Assembly: GCA_963666055.2 (NCBI GenBank)
Contig: CAXWPH010000014.1
Coordinates: 64,001-128,000 of the forward strand
DNA from: Acidobacteriota bacterium
GTDB taxonomy: Bacteria > Acidobacteriota > UBA890 > WLXD01
Length of the DNA: 64,000 nucleotides
Direction: 5' to 3'
Part shown: positions 48,484 through 58,973 of the stretch, piece by piece
Position numbering within the stretch: the first letter of the stretch is position 1
Layout: each line of letters starts with the position of its first letter
Position numbers and translations under genes: made by a program
The notes under the pieces: model-generated
Seen by the model: only the letters and a program-made list of their open reading frames with translations
Databases searched by the model: none
What the model was told of the DNA's origin: nothing

Positions 48484-49538
48484 AAGCGGCTGCCCGACCG
48501 CGACGCAGCGTCGAAGGGAACCATTCCCTCGGGCGTGAACACCGCCTCCTCGGCCTCGGTACCGGGCGGTACCGCAACCCCGTCCATTACTACCACCCGG
48601 TGCAATCGGCACCGCGGCCCTACGTTGGCGCCCTTCCAAAGCACGCTCTCGGTCACTCGGCTACCGCCCTCGATGCGACAAACATCCGCCGCTACGAGAC
48701 CCCTCAATATGCTGCCGTGTTTAAGGCGTGTTCCAGCGCCGACCAGAAAGGGCGGCTCCAACCTGACGTTCTCTATGTGAGTATCGGGGCTCACGTAACC
48801 GCTGCTCAACAGGCGCCGCGCTCGAGCATACCCGAGCGACGCGTGGCCGCGTTCCAGGGCCGCGAGCTGGGCATCGATATAGCGGCCCAGATCACCGGCT
48901 TCGTACCAGCTGCCGGCCAGCGGTAGTGCGTGCACCGGGAGCTCGGCGCGCAGCAGCGATCGATACACCGGATCGACCATGCCAAGCGGAGTGTCGGCTG
49001 GAAGCAATTCCAACACCTCGCGCTCGACCAGGTGCACGCCGGTGAATACTCCCTCCACGGTGCGCACGTTCGACGGCGCCGGATCACCGGGAAAAGCCAG
49101 CAAGCGCCCTGCCTGGCTTGCGATCACGGTCGGATAACCACGCGCCGATTCGCCGCGGTACAGTCCCAAAGTCGCCAGAGCCCCGCTGCGGTGCTGACGT
49201 AGTAGCGGGCCGAGAGCCATGGACGAAATAGTGTCCCCATTGACCAGCAGCGTCGTCTGACCGAGCTGCTCGAGGACGCGTCGAGGCCCTCCCGCGGTGC
49301 CGAGCAGACGTTCCTCGACGCTATAGCGCATCGTCATATGGAACGCTCGCCTACCGTATGTGCCGGCGATCGAATCCGGTTGGTGGTGGAGGTTGATCCA
49401 GACCTGTCGAAAGCCGCAGCGACGGAGCCAGTCGAGCGTATAGTCCAGGAGCGGTCGGTTCAGAAACGGCACCACGGCCTTGGCGCGATCGTCTGTCAGC
49501 GGCCGCAGGCGGACAGCCTTCCCGGCCGCCAATACCAT
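48480..49538 (-). CDS. NDP-sugar nucleotidyltransferase (MurU or mannose-1-P guanylyltransferase-like)
   Basis: MVLAAGKAVRLRPLT..K, INLHH, LLGTAGG, NGD; C-terminal hexapeptide-like region. Confidence 0.82.
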   Translation of the reverse strand: MVLAAGKAVRLRPLTDDRAKAVVPFLNRPLLDYTLDWLRRCGFRQVWINLHHQPDSIAGTYGRRAFHMTMRYSVEERLLGTAGGPRRVLEQLGQTTLLVNGDTISSMALGPLLRQHRSGALATLGLYRGESARGYPTVIASQAGRLLAFPGDPAPSNVRTVEGVFTGVHLVEREVLELLPADTPLGMVDPVYRSLLRAELPVHALPLAGSWYEAGDLGRYIDAQLAALERGHASLGYARARRLLSSGYVSPDTHIENVRLEPPFLVGAGTRLKHGSILRGLVAADVCRIEGGSRVTESVLWKGANVGPRCRLHRVVVMDGVAVPPGTEAEEAVFTPEGMVPFDAASRSGSRL

Positions 49539-49591
49539 GGCGCCGAGTCGTGTGCTGTCGAAATGAAGCGGTTCGCCTCTCAGATCTGCCC

Positions 49592-50161
49592 TCAGAACGT
49601 GAGGAGCTCCTGCCGCTTGGTCTCGGCCAGTTCCTCGACACGCTCGCAGAACCTGTCGGTCAGCTCTTGTCCCTGCTTGAGGGCGCGGTGAGCGTCGTCC
49701 TGCGAGAGTTCCTTGGCATTCTCGAGTCGCTTGACCTCATCGTTGATGTCGCGACGAATCTGCCTCATCTCCGTCTTCCCGTGTTCGGCAATCGTCCCGA
49801 CGTTCTTGGCCAGGTCGTGCCGACGCTCCTCCGTCAGCTCGGGGATCGGCACGCGGATCACCGCTCCGTCGTTGTTCGGGTTGAGCCCCAGGTCCGCCCG
49901 CAGGATCGCCTTCTCGATGGCGACGATGGAGCCTCTGTCGTAGGGCTGCACAACGAGCAGCTGCGGCTCCGGAGCTGCCAGGCTGGCGAGTTGATTCAAC
50001 GGTGTCGCAGTGCCGTAGTAGTCGACTAGCACGTCGTCGAGGACTGCGGTGCTGGCGCGACCGGTCCTAATCGTCCGTAGCTCCCGAGCCATTGCTTCGA
50101 ACGCATCGTTCATCCGCTGTTGCCCGGCGTGCAACGCCTGCTGGACGCCATCTTCCGTCAT
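49592..50161 (-). CDS. frr: Ribosome recycling factor
   Basis: IRTGRAS, VDYYG, LGLNP, PELTEERR. Confidence 0.97.
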   Translation of the reverse strand: MTEDGVQQALHAGQQRMNDAFEAMARELRTIRTGRASTAVLDDVLVDYYGTATPLNQLASLAAPEPQLLVVQPYDRGSIVAIEKAILRADLGLNPNNDGAVIRVPIPELTEERRHDLAKNVGTIAEHGKTEMRQIRRDINDEVKRLENAKELSQDDAHRALKQGQELTDRFCERVEELAETKRQELLTF

Positions 50162-50173
50162 CGCTCGAGCCCC

Positions 50174-50920
50174 TCAGTTGCTATGCGAGTATTCCGCGGG
50201 AGCGATCAACGATCCGATAGGCTCACCGCGGACTGCCCTCACGATATTACCGGATTTCCGCATGTTGAAGATCAGAATGGGGAGCTCGTTCTCCATGCAG
50301 TGAGCCACGGCCGCCGAGTCCATTACCCGGAGCCGACGGCTCAGCACTTCCTCGAACGTGGTCCGCTCAATGAGCTGCGCGTCCGGGTCACTGGCCGGAT
50401 CTGCGGTGAACACTCCGTCGACCTTGGTGCCCTTCATCAGCACATCGGCGTCCATCTCCAGCGCCCGCAAGGCGGCCGCCGTATCGGTGGAGAAGTACGG
50501 GCTACCGGTGCCGGCCGCAAAGATGACCAAGCGACCCTTTTGCAGGTGCCGCAATGCCCGACGACGGATGAAAGGCTCGGCTATCTGGTCCATGCGCAGT
50601 GCGGACATGACACGGGTGTCCAGCCCGGTCTTCTCGAGGGCCTCCTGCAACGCCAAGCTGTTCATCACCGTCGCCAGCATACCTATGTGGTCGGCGGTGA
50701 CACGATCGATTCCGAGATCTTTGGCGTTTAACCCCCGGAAGATATTTCCACCGCCGATGACGATGCCCATTTCCTCGCAGGCCGAGCGCGCTTCGCGGAT
50801 CTGCTCAGCGATGTCGTGGGCGACCCGGTGATCGATTCCGTAGCCCACCGAGCCCATCAGCACCTCGCCGGACAGCTTCAGAAGCACGCGGCGATACGCT
50901 GGCCGAGCGTCGTTGGTCAT
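50174..50920 (-). CDS. pyrH: UMP kinase
   Basis: LLKLSGE, GGGNIFRG, PYFSTDT, VMD. Confidence 0.97.
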   Translation of the reverse strand: MTNDARPAYRRVLLKLSGEVLMGSVGYGIDHRVAHDIAEQIREARSACEEMGIVIGGGNIFRGLNAKDLGIDRVTADHIGMLATVMNSLALQEALEKTGLDTRVMSALRMDQIAEPFIRRRALRHLQKGRLVIFAAGTGSPYFSTDTAAALRALEMDADVLMKGTKVDGVFTADPASDPDAQLIERTTFEEVLSRRLRVMDSAAVAHCMENELPILIFNMRKSGNIVRAVRGEPIGSLIAPAEYSHSN

Positions 50921-50958
50921 GCGCGACCCTCCGGTTGAACGGTCACCCGTCCGGGCGG

Positions 50959-51594
50959 CTAGTCGGAGCTAACAGGCTTGCTCACCGCTAGAGTGGCATC
51001 TGAATCACCAATCGCCAGCCGTGAGAAGCGGCCAACGCGGATATTCTCTCCGAGTTTCGCGATAGCGTCGGTGATCAGATCGGTGACCTTCTTGTCTGGC
51101 TCCTTGAGGAAGCCCTGCTCCAGCAGGCACGTCTCCGCCAGAAAGCGGTTGATCTTTCCGTCGACGATCTTGTCGATGATCTTGTCCGGCTTACCCTCTG
51201 ACAGCGCCTGCGCGCGGTACAGTTGCCGCTCGGCTTCCAGCGCCGTGGCATCGACTTCTTCACGGCCGATGTGCTTGGGGTTGGCTGCCGCCACGTGCAT
51301 GGCAAGGTCGCGGGCGAGGGAAACGAAGGCCTCGTTTCGTGCCACGAAGTCGGTCTCGCAGTTGAGCTCGAGCAACACTGCGATCCTGCCTCCCATGTGC
51401 ACGTATGCCTCGATGCGCCCTTCGGTTGCCGCGCGGCCGGCCTTCTTGGCGGCCTTCGCCTTGCCCATGGTACGGAGAATCTTGATCGCCTCGTCGATAT
51501 CTCCGGCGGCTTCCCGCAGCGCCTGCTTGCAATCCATGAAGCCGACGCCGGTGCGCTCCCTGAGTTCTTTGACGGCGATCGCGCTGATGTCCAT
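50959..51594 (-). CDS. tsf: Elongation factor Ts (short form)
   Basis: VKELRERTG..MDCK, ELNCETDFVA, KLGENI. Confidence 0.97.
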   Translation of the reverse strand: MDISAIAVKELRERTGVGFMDCKQALREAAGDIDEAIKILRTMGKAKAAKKAGRAATEGRIEAYVHMGGRIAVLLELNCETDFVARNEAFVSLARDLAMHVAAANPKHIGREEVDATALEAERQLYRAQALSEGKPDKIIDKIVDGKINRFLAETCLLEQGFLKEPDKKVTDLITDAIAKLGENIRVGRFSRLAIGDSDATLAVSKPVSSD

Positions 51595-51676
51595 CTGTTG
51601 CCTTCCTCGTGCGCAAAGTTCGTGGTTGTCGCGGAAGTGTCCGCTTCCACCAGCGGTGTCTGGTAGGAGTTCGGCG

Positions 51677-52615
51677 TCAGGCCTCGTCGGTCTCTGACGC
51701 AGTCTCCGAGTCGGTGTCCGACTCCTCCGACGCAACGGCCACAGCTGCCTCGTCGTCGGCCGGGCCTTCCTCAGCCGACGTAGCCGCCGCTTCTACTACG
51801 AGTTCGTCTCCCGCCTCTGCATCGTCGGATGCCAGCTCGTCCGACGAAGCCGCTGCTTCGACTGCCCCTTCCTTCGCATCATCGACCTCCGCGACCTCCG
51901 CGACCTCCGCGACCTCCTCGAGGGTGGCCTCGTACGTGCCTCGGCCCGCCAGCAGCGCATTAGCGGCCGCCCAGCAGAACAGTCGGATCGCACGCAGGGC
52001 GTCGTCATTGCCCGGAACGACAAAGTCGATCCCGTCCGGATCGCAATTCGTGTCAACAATCGCGACGACCGGGATCCCCAGCTTCAAAGCCTCGTCGACC
52101 GCTATCCGCTCGCGCCGAATGTCCATCACGAAGACCACATCGGGCAGGCCCCCCATGTCCTTGATTCCGACGAGGTTGCGGTGGAGCTTGAAGAGCTCAC
52201 GCTTGAGTTTCAGCACCTCCTTCTTCGGCAGAAGACCGAAGCGCCCATCCTCCGCCATCGCCTCGAGATCCTTGTAGCGCTCGATGCTCTTGCGGATCGT
52301 TTGATAGTTGGTGAGCAGCCCCCCAAGCCAGCGGTGGTTGACGTAGTACTGCCCGCAGCGGGTGGCCTCCTCGGCGATCGTCTCCTGGGCCTGACGCTTC
52401 GTACCGACGAAGAGCACCTTGCCGCCCTGTGCCGCCTCCTGCTCGAGAAAGCTGAGCGCGTCCTTCCACGCCACCTGCGTCTTCTGCAGGTCGATGATGT
52501 AGATACCGTTCTTCTTCCCGAAGATGAATGGCTTCATCTTCGGGTTCCAGCGCCCGGTCTGATGACCGAAATGGACCCCGGCCTCGAGCAGCTGCCGCAG
52601 CGAAACGCCGACCAC
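51677..52615 (-). CDS. rpsB: 30S ribosomal protein S2 with acidic tail
   Basis: [35 protein letters not shown]. Confidence 0.97.
   Translation of the reverse strand: MVGVSLRQLLEAGVHFGHQTGRWNPKMKPFIFGKKNGIYIIDLQKTQVAWKDALSFLEQEAAQGGKVLFVGTKRQAQETIAEEATRCGQYYVNHRWLGGLLTNYQTIRKSIERYKDLEAMAEDGRFGLLPKKEVLKLKRELFKLHRNLVGIKDMGGLPDVVFVMDIRRERIAVDEALKLGIPVVAIVDTNCDPDGIDFVVPGNDDALRAIRLFCWAAANALLAGRGTYEATLEEVAEVAEVAEVDDAKEGAVEAAASSDELASDDAEAGDELVVEAAATSAEEGPADDEAAVAVASEESDTDSETASETDEA
51883..51917. repeat. 9-bp tandem repeat (CGACCTCCG x3.9) encoding EVA repeats in the S2 tail
   Basis: Read directly in the sequence. Confidence 0.9.
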
Positions 52616-52623
52616 GATTCCTC

Positions 52624-53016
52624 CTAACGCTTGCTGAACTGGAACCTGGCGCGCGCACCCTTGAGGCCGTACTTCTTGCGCTCCTTCCTGCGAGCGTCAC
52701 GCGTCAGCAATCCGTGTACCTTGAGGGCGGCGCGGAGGCCGGGATCGGAGTCCAGGAGCGCACGCGCCACACCGTGTCGCACCGCCCCTGCCTGCCCCGA
52801 CGGCCCGCCGCCTTTCACCGTAATCAACAGATCGACCTTACCTTCAGCCTCGGCCACCTGCAGCGGCAAGGTCACCGCCGCCCGATGAGTAGCAATTGGG
52901 AAGTAGTTTTCGAGCGTCCGTCGATTGACGGTGATCTCTCCGGTGCCCGGGCGCATAAACACCCGCGCGATGGACGACTTCCGCTTGCCAGTTCCGTAAT
53001 ACCGAGCCTCAGTCAT
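52624..53016 (-). CDS. rpsI: 30S ribosomal protein S9
   Basis: [30 protein letters not shown]. Confidence 0.97.
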   Translation of the reverse strand: MTEARYYGTGKRKSSIARVFMRPGTGEITVNRRTLENYFPIATHRAAVTLPLQVAEAEGKVDLLITVKGGGPSGQAGAVRHGVARALLDSDPGLRAALKVHGLLTRDARRKERKKYGLKGARARFQFSKR

Positions 53017-53026
53017 CGTCTCCTCG

Positions 53027-53464
53027 TCAAGCCTTGTCGCCAGCGAACTGCTCGGGATGCTGGCCCGCATGCGGATGGTCGGGACCTGCATACACGCGCA
53101 GCTTGCCGTACATTTGCCGACCCAGCCGGGTCTTCGGGAGCATCCCCTTCACCGCGGCCTCGAGGAGTCGCTCGGGATGCGTCGCCAGGATGCGACGCGC
53201 GTTAGTTTCCTTCAGGCCTCCCGGATAGCCGCTGTAGCGATAGTACTTCTTGTCGTCGAGCTTATTGCCCGTCAAGACGATCTTTTCGGCATTCACCACC
53301 ACGACGTGGTCGCCGCAATCCAGAAAAGGTGTGTAGATCGCCTTGTGCTTCCCCATCAGCAGGCGGGCAATTGTCGTGGACAGACGGCCCAGCACTTGGC
53401 CTTCAGCGTCGAACGACCACCAACGACGCTCGATGTCCTTGGCGGATGGGTATGGCGTGCTCAT
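53027..53464 (-). CDS. rplM: 50S ribosomal protein L13
   Basis: LGRL, GKHK..YTP..DCGD, SGYPGG, VKGMLPK, HPH. Confidence 0.97.
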   Translation of the reverse strand: MSTPYPSAKDIERRWWSFDAEGQVLGRLSTTIARLLMGKHKAIYTPFLDCGDHVVVVNAEKIVLTGNKLDDKKYYRYSGYPGGLKETNARRILATHPERLLEAAVKGMLPKTRLGRQMYGKLRVYAGPDHPHAGQHPEQFAGDKA

Positions 53465-53536
53465 CGAATCAACCTTGTCTTGCGGGTCCGACAACCGGCG
53501 TGATCTTGGCGGTACCCAGCGTCTCGTTGCCCACCC

Positions 53537-55633
53537 CTAGACCTCGACAGAGGCGCGCTCGGCGTCGGTCAGCGCCTTCAGCGACAGCCGAATGCGGTTC
53601 GGAGCTTCAATCTTGACCACCTTGACGGTGAGCTCCTGCCCTTCACTCACATGCTCACGCATATCGTCGACGTGATGATCTGCCACTTCGGAAATATGCA
53701 GCAAGCCGTCCGTTCCCGGCAGGATCTCGACGAACGCGCCGAAGTCCTTGATCGAGCGCACCTTGCCGCGATACACCTTGCCGACCTCGGCCTCCTGCGT
53801 AAGGTCCGAGATCATCTTCTGCGCAGCCGCGCAGGCGTCGGCGTCCGGTGACGCGATCTGCACGGTTCCGTCGTCCTCGACGTTGATCTTGCAGCCCGTG
53901 TCCTCCTGCATCTGCCGAATGATGCGTCCACCCGGGCCGATGATGTCGCGAATGCGATCGACCGGAATCTTCACGCTGATGATCTTCGGTGCCCAGCGAC
54001 TGGTCTCGTCACGCGGCGCCGCCAGCGCCTCACTCATCGTCTTGAGGATCTGCATGCGGTTCTGGCGCGCTTGCTCGAGCGCCTGCTCCAAGATCTCCCT
54101 CGACAAACCGGAGATCTTGATGTCCATCTGCAGCGCGGTGATACCACTTGGCGTGCCCGCCACCTTGAAGTCCATGTCTCCGTAGTGGTCTTCCTCGCCA
54201 GCGATGTCGGACAGGATGGCGACAGTGTCGTCATCCTTCATGAGGCCCATTGCAACCCCTGCCACGGGGGCGCGAATCGGCACCCCGGCGTCCATCAGCG
54301 ATAGGGTGGCGCCACATATCGTGGCCATCGATGACGACCCGTTCGACTCGAAAATCTCCGAGACGGTCCGCAACACGTACGGCCAGTCGTCGTCCGTCGG
54401 CAAAACCGGCTCGATCGCCCGCTCGGCAAGATTTCCATGGCCAATCTCACGGCGACCGGGGCCACGCATGAAGCGCGCCTCGCCAACGGAGAACGGCGGA
54501 AAGTTGTAGTGCAGCATGAAGCGCTTCCAGAACTCGCCGTCGTACCCCTCGACCTTACGGGCATCGTCCGACGTACCGAGCGTGGTGGTAACGAAGGCCT
54601 GCGTCTCACCGCGGGTAAACAACGCCGAGCCGTGGGCGCGTGGTGAGTAGCCCACCTCGCACCGAATCGGTCGCACCTCGTCAAAGGCTCTACCGTCGAA
54701 GCGCTTGCCCTCGCTCAGCGCTGAGCGGCGCGTCGCGCCCCTCACCAGCTCCGAGATGGCCTCGCCAGCGTCGGCGGCCCAATCGGCGTTTTTCTCGGCG
54801 ACGGCGTCCTTGATCTCGGTCTTGATCTCCCCCATCCGGTCACGGCGCTCGATCTTGTCGGCGATCGTCAGGGCCTCGCGGATCCCATCGCCACCGATCT
54901 CGTCGACGTAGGCGCACAGATCCGCGTCGAGCTCGGCCGGCTCAAAGACGAACTTCTCGACGCCGAGCTGCTCACGGACACGCTCCTGTAGGTCGATATA
55001 AGCCTCGACATACGGCTGCGCGAACTCGAACGCCCCGATGATCTCGGCTTCACTGACCTCGTCAGCGCTCGCCTCGACCATCATCACCGCGTCGCGGCGC
55101 GCGCAAAGGATGAGGTCAAGGCAGCTGTTGTCCAACTGCGACGAGGTAGGATTGAGCAGGTAGCCGTCCTCGTCGAGCCCAACGCGAAAAGCCGCGAACG
55201 GTGTGTCGAACGGGATGCGCGAACAATTCAGCGCCATCGACGCACCCATCTTGGCCAGGATCGCCGGATCGTTCTCGCCATCGGCCGAAAGCACCATCCC
55301 GATCACCTGCGTCTCGTACCGATACCCCTTCGGGAACAACGGACGGATGCTGCGATCGATCATGCGAGAGGTAAGGATCTCCTTGTCTGCAGGCCGTCCC
55401 TCACGCTTGAAAAAGCCCCCCGGAATACGCCCGCCAGCATACGTCCACTCACGATAGTCGACGGTGAGCGGCAGAAACGATGCGGCTTTCGGCTTGCGGT
55501 CCATTACCGCGGTGACCAGCACTTTGGTATCGCCACATGACACCACCACGGAGCCATCCGCCTGGCGAGCCACGTGGCCGAGCTCGAACTCGATTGTCTG
55601 GCCATTCAGCTCGATCTTCTCTTGCACGATCAT
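53537..55633 (-). CDS. pnp: Polyribonucleotide nucleotidyltransferase
   Basis: PLTVDY, GRIPGGFFKREG, HGSALFTRGETQ, SNGSSSMA, GDMDFKVAG, KH and S1 domains. Confidence 0.98.
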   Translation of the reverse strand: MIVQEKIELNGQTIEFELGHVARQADGSVVVSCGDTKVLVTAVMDRKPKAASFLPLTVDYREWTYAGGRIPGGFFKREGRPADKEILTSRMIDRSIRPLFPKGYRYETQVIGMVLSADGENDPAILAKMGASMALNCSRIPFDTPFAAFRVGLDEDGYLLNPTSSQLDNSCLDLILCARRDAVMMVEASADEVSEAEIIGAFEFAQPYVEAYIDLQERVREQLGVEKFVFEPAELDADLCAYVDEIGGDGIREALTIADKIERRDRMGEIKTEIKDAVAEKNADWAADAGEAISELVRGATRRSALSEGKRFDGRAFDEVRPIRCEVGYSPRAHGSALFTRGETQAFVTTTLGTSDDARKVEGYDGEFWKRFMLHYNFPPFSVGEARFMRGPGRREIGHGNLAERAIEPVLPTDDDWPYVLRTVSEIFESNGSSSMATICGATLSLMDAGVPIRAPVAGVAMGLMKDDDTVAILSDIAGEEDHYGDMDFKVAGTPSGITALQMDIKISGLSREILEQALEQARQNRMQILKTMSEALAAPRDETSRWAPKIISVKIPVDRIRDIIGPGGRIIRQMQEDTGCKINVEDDGTVQIASPDADACAAAQKMISDLTQEAEVGKVYRGKVRSIKDFGAFVEILPGTDGLLHISEVADHHVDDMREHVSEGQELTVKVVKIEAPNRIRLSLKALTDAERASVEV

Positions 55634-55827
55634 CTAGGGTCTTCCTCCAAGCCGCACAGCGACCTCGGTACAGGCGAGCGAGCGTGCAGCCTGGTTACAC
55701 GATCAGGGGGGTGGGGTGGAGTGTGCTTCCCCGAGGTGTGTTCCCAGAGGCTTCGAAGTTTCCCTTCGCCGCGCCCCGCGTTCCGCTTCTTTTTCTTACC
55801 CCGTTTCCTTCCGCAGCAGGCGCAGGA

Positions 55828-56088
55828 CTAGCGTCGCAATCCTAGCCTCTCTATTAGATTCTGGTATCGTGCCACGTCCACGCGCCGCAAGTAATCGAGC
55901 AGACGGCGACGCTTGCCGACGAGCATCTGCAACCCGCGCTGGGTCGCATAGTCGCTCCGGTTGGCCTTCATGTGTTCCGTGAGGTGCAGTACGCGCGAGC
56001 TTAGCTGCGCGATTTGAACCTCTGACGACCCCGTGTCCGTCGGGTGCTGCCGATACTCGTCGATCGCTATCTCCGCTTGGCTCATCAT
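55828..56088 (-). CDS. rpsO: 30S ribosomal protein S15
   Basis: DTGSSEVQIA, RGL..VGKRRRLLDYL, LGLRR. Confidence 0.96.
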   Translation of the reverse strand: MMSQAEIAIDEYRQHPTDTGSSEVQIAQLSSRVLHLTEHMKANRSDYATQRGLQMLVGKRRRLLDYLRRVDVARYQNLIERLGLRR

Positions 56089-56188
56089 CCTCTTCGCGTA
56101 GCTCGCTTCCTACTACCGTGTTCAGGGGGTTGCCCAGGCACACAAGGTTCGTAGGGCGTCTAGACGCAGGAGTGCCAAGCAGGCGGCA

Positions 56189-56217
56189 ACGGTAGCATGG
56201 GGGCTGTCGACTGTAAA
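56189..56217 (-). promoter_or_regulatory. rpsO promoter
   Basis: Minus strand TTTACA, 17 bp, TACCGT with extended TG. Confidence 0.6.
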
Positions 56218-56286
56218 CGCGCCGCAGGCGCTATAAGGGCGCAGCGGACAGTCTGGATCGCGGCGCGCCCGCGCCCCACAGATACG

Positions 56287-57225
56287 TTAAAGCAACACGA
56301 TGCGCGGTTGCAGCATTCCCCCGGGAAGGAGCTCCGCCGCAGCCAGTAGATGCGCTTCGGGATCCATCACGCGCACCCAGCTTCCGCGACTACGCCGCGG
56401 TGCCGAACCGTCAGCCGGAACGCGCTCGACAATGCAGTGAGGCTCGATCACTCCGCCGTTGCGAAGTACATCGACCCCGGCCCCATCTACTACTACGGCG
56501 GGCCACTCCTGCACCATGGCCGCCGGCGGCAAAACGCTCGCCTCGATGTCCTCCGTCGGCCCGCTGGTCAAGACCTGCCAGCTCAGCGCCCCCGACAGAT
56601 CGAACCGCCCGACGCGTAAGCGGCGCAGCGAAGCAAGATGCGCCGGACAGCCCAGTGCCACCCCGATGTCGTACGCCAGGGTCCGCATATATGTGCCCGA
56701 TCCGCAGTGCACGCGTAGCTTCAGGACATCGGCGTCGTGATCTATCAGATCAATGGAATAAACATGCACGGGCACCGGCTCGTGAACGACCACCTCTCCA
56801 CGTCGAACGCGCTTGTAGGCCGGCTGGCCGCGAATCTTCTTGGCCGAATAGACAGGCGGGACCTGCTGGATCTCGCCGACGAACGACTTCAGGATTTTTG
56901 CCAGCCGTTGCGGCTTTATGGCCGGCACGGGCGCGCGACTGCCTACCATCTCGCCTTCCGAGTCGTAGGTATCCGTGGCCCAACCGAGCCGAACGCCGCA
57001 TTCGTACAGCTTGTCTTGGCTTTGCACAAACCTCGCCAAGCGCGTCGCACGACCCAGGCACAGAATCAGCACCCCAGTTGCCTGCGGATCGAGCGTCCCG
57101 GTGTGGCCGGCGCGGCATCGGAGTCGTTGTCGCACCCTGGCAACGACGTCGTGAGACGTCACGCCGGCGGGCTTGTCGGCCACCAGCATGCCGACGAGCT
57201 TGTTGTTCAACCTCGCACGCCTCAT
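56287..57225 (-). CDS. truB: tRNA pseudouridine(55) synthase
   Basis: DKPAGVTSHDVV, GHTGTLDP, PPVYSA, SGTYMR. Confidence 0.96.
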   Translation of the reverse strand: MRRARLNNKLVGMLVADKPAGVTSHDVVARVRQRLRCRAGHTGTLDPQATGVLILCLGRATRLARFVQSQDKLYECGVRLGWATDTYDSEGEMVGSRAPVPAIKPQRLAKILKSFVGEIQQVPPVYSAKKIRGQPAYKRVRRGEVVVHEPVPVHVYSIDLIDHDADVLKLRVHCGSGTYMRTLAYDIGVALGCPAHLASLRRLRVGRFDLSGALSWQVLTSGPTEDIEASVLPPAAMVQEWPAVVVDGAGVDVLRNGGVIEPHCIVERVPADGSAPRRSRGSWVRVMDPEAHLLAAAELLPGGMLQPRIVLL

Positions 57226-58160
57226 GTTCGCTTGGTCTTGATCTTCGCCATGATGCTCGCACGCACCTCCCCTAGCGAGCCATCGAGCTGGCAGCCGGCG
57301 GCGCGCGGATGGCCGCCACCCCCGTAGGACGCGGCGAGCTCGGCAACGTCTACGCTCCCATCGGAGCGTAGGCTAACCCGGAAACGATCGCGGGCGACCT
57401 CCTTGAAGAGCAGCGAGACTCCGACGCCGGCGATCGCTTGCGCCTGGTTGATCAACCCCTCGGTATCGCCGCCGCCCCGACGCTCGAAGTCCCGACGCCA
57501 GAGCACCATCCAGGCGACGTAGCCATGTTCCTCCAACTTCAGCGTCGCGAGCGCGTCAGCGAGGAGGTAGACGCGCGCCGCCGGCACATTGCCGTACACC
57601 GCCCCGGCGATCTCTGACGCATCAGCCCCCAGGCTCACCATGTCGGCGGCAAACTGCAGCGCCGCGGCGTCGGTATTGGAGTGGTGGAACGAGCCGGTGT
57701 CGGTAAGCACCGCAACATACAGCAAGGTGGCTATTGAGGGTGTGATCTCGGCGCCCAAGGGCTCGGCTAGACGCGCCACCATCATACTGGTGGCAGCAAC
57801 CTGTGGATCGATCCAGTTCACGTTGGCGAACATTGCGTTCTGACTGTGATGATCGATGTTGAGCGACTCGATTCGATCCAGCCCCGAGACCCCGGCGCGA
57901 GCAAAATCCGAACACTCGACCAGAATGCTGGCGCGTGCCCGGCGTGACACCGCATCGAGGGACTGAACTCGTGAGCACTCCGGCAACCAACCAAAGCGCT
58001 GAGGGAATGGCTGCTGGATCACCACCTCTGAGCGCTTACCGACCTGATCGAGCATCAGGGACAGGCCGAGCGATGAGCCAAGCGAATCGCCGTCTGGATC
58101 GGTGTGCGAGGCGATGACGAAATCATCGCGTCCTTCGATCCACCGAACTGCACGGTCCAT
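57222..58160 (-). CDS. nrnA: DHH/DHHA1 oligoribonuclease / pAp phosphatase
   Basis: HTDPDGD, IDHH, TDTGSF, GGGGHPRAAG; start uncertain. Confidence 0.9.
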   Translation of the reverse strand: MDRAVRWIEGRDDFVIASHTDPDGDSLGSSLGLSLMLDQVGKRSEVVIQQPFPQRFGWLPECSRVQSLDAVSRRARASILVECSDFARAGVSGLDRIESLNIDHHSQNAMFANVNWIDPQVAATSMMVARLAEPLGAEITPSIATLLYVAVLTDTGSFHHSNTDAAALQFAADMVSLGADASEIAGAVYGNVPAARVYLLADALATLKLEEHGYVAWMVLWRRDFERRGGGDTEGLINQAQAIAGVGVSLLFKEVARDRFRVSLRSDGSVDVAELAASYGGGGHPRAAGCQLDGSLGEVRASIMAKIKTKRT

Positions 58161-58164
58161 TCCG

Positions 58165-58542
58165 TCACCCGTCGGCGGCATCCGACCCACCTTCCTCCGG
58201 TTCCTGCGGCGCACCCTGCCGGATCAGCTCATCGATTCGATCACCGTGATCGAGGGTGCGGTCGACCTCGAAATGCAGCTCCGGTGTGCGGCGCAGCTGC
58301 ACCCGTCGCCCGACCTCCCTGCGGAGGAAGCCGCTCGCCCGATTCAAGCTTTGCATCGACTTCGCTTCCGCGTCGGCGTCGCCGAGCACACTGATGAACA
58401 CACGCGCGTGACCCAAATCGGCGCTCATGCGCACCTCGGTCACTGTCACGAAGCCCAGCCCCGGATCCTTGACCTCGTTCAACAACAGGTCAGCCAGTGC
58501 TGCCCGCAGGCTGTCTCCAACACGTCGTGGTCGATGCCGCAT
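58165..58542 (-). CDS. rbfA: Ribosome-binding factor A
   Basis: VKDP..VTVTEV..SADL, LRRTPELHF. Confidence 0.95.
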   Translation of the reverse strand: MRHRPRRVGDSLRAALADLLLNEVKDPGLGFVTVTEVRMSADLGHARVFISVLGDADAEAKSMQSLNRASGFLRREVGRRVQLRRTPELHFEVDRTLDHGDRIDELIRQGAPQEPEEGGSDAADG

Positions 58543-58631
58543 CGTCCGGTTCCTTGCCTAGCAGGCCCAGCTGCCAAATATTCCGCCCGGTATCATGCCG
58601 TCACCCGCGACGGGTGCAAGGGTCGGCGTAC

Positions 58632-58910
58632 CTACAGGTACTCGATACGGTGGCGCAGCAACTGCGCGTCGTGAGCCTCTGCCTCGCGAACCACACGTTC
58701 GAACAATCCCTCCAGGGGCCGCTGCGATGCCGATACCGACGCCACTGCTACGCCAGCTCGCTGCCGTAAGTCTTGATGCTCCACCTCGGCAACCGCAACG
58801 TTGAAGCGAGCCTTCAGCCGTCCTTTCAGGCGATTGAGAAACATGCGCTTTTCCTTGAGGCTCCTACAACCTTGGAGATGAAACTCAAGGCTGCAGACTC
58901 CGATGATCAT
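58632..58910 (-). CDS. DUF503 (YlxP-family) protein
   Basis: SLKEKR, FNVAVAEV; canonical position between infB and rbfA. Confidence 0.88.
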   Translation of the reverse strand: MIIGVCSLEFHLQGCRSLKEKRMFLNRLKGRLKARFNVAVAEVEHQDLRQRAGVAVASVSASQRPLEGLFERVVREAEAHDAQLLRHRIEYL

Positions 58911-58973
58911 GACCTGGCCTCACCGCTGCCCGGCGCCGGAAGAGCCGGTCCGAAACACCTCGGGGCGGGACGC

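Noticed and set aside
58558-58567. CTAGCAGGCC matching the repeat terminus upstream of rbfA (weaker match near 31159)
   Set aside because: Match stops after about 10 bp, has no partner end and abuts the rbfA SD region; cannot be told from chance
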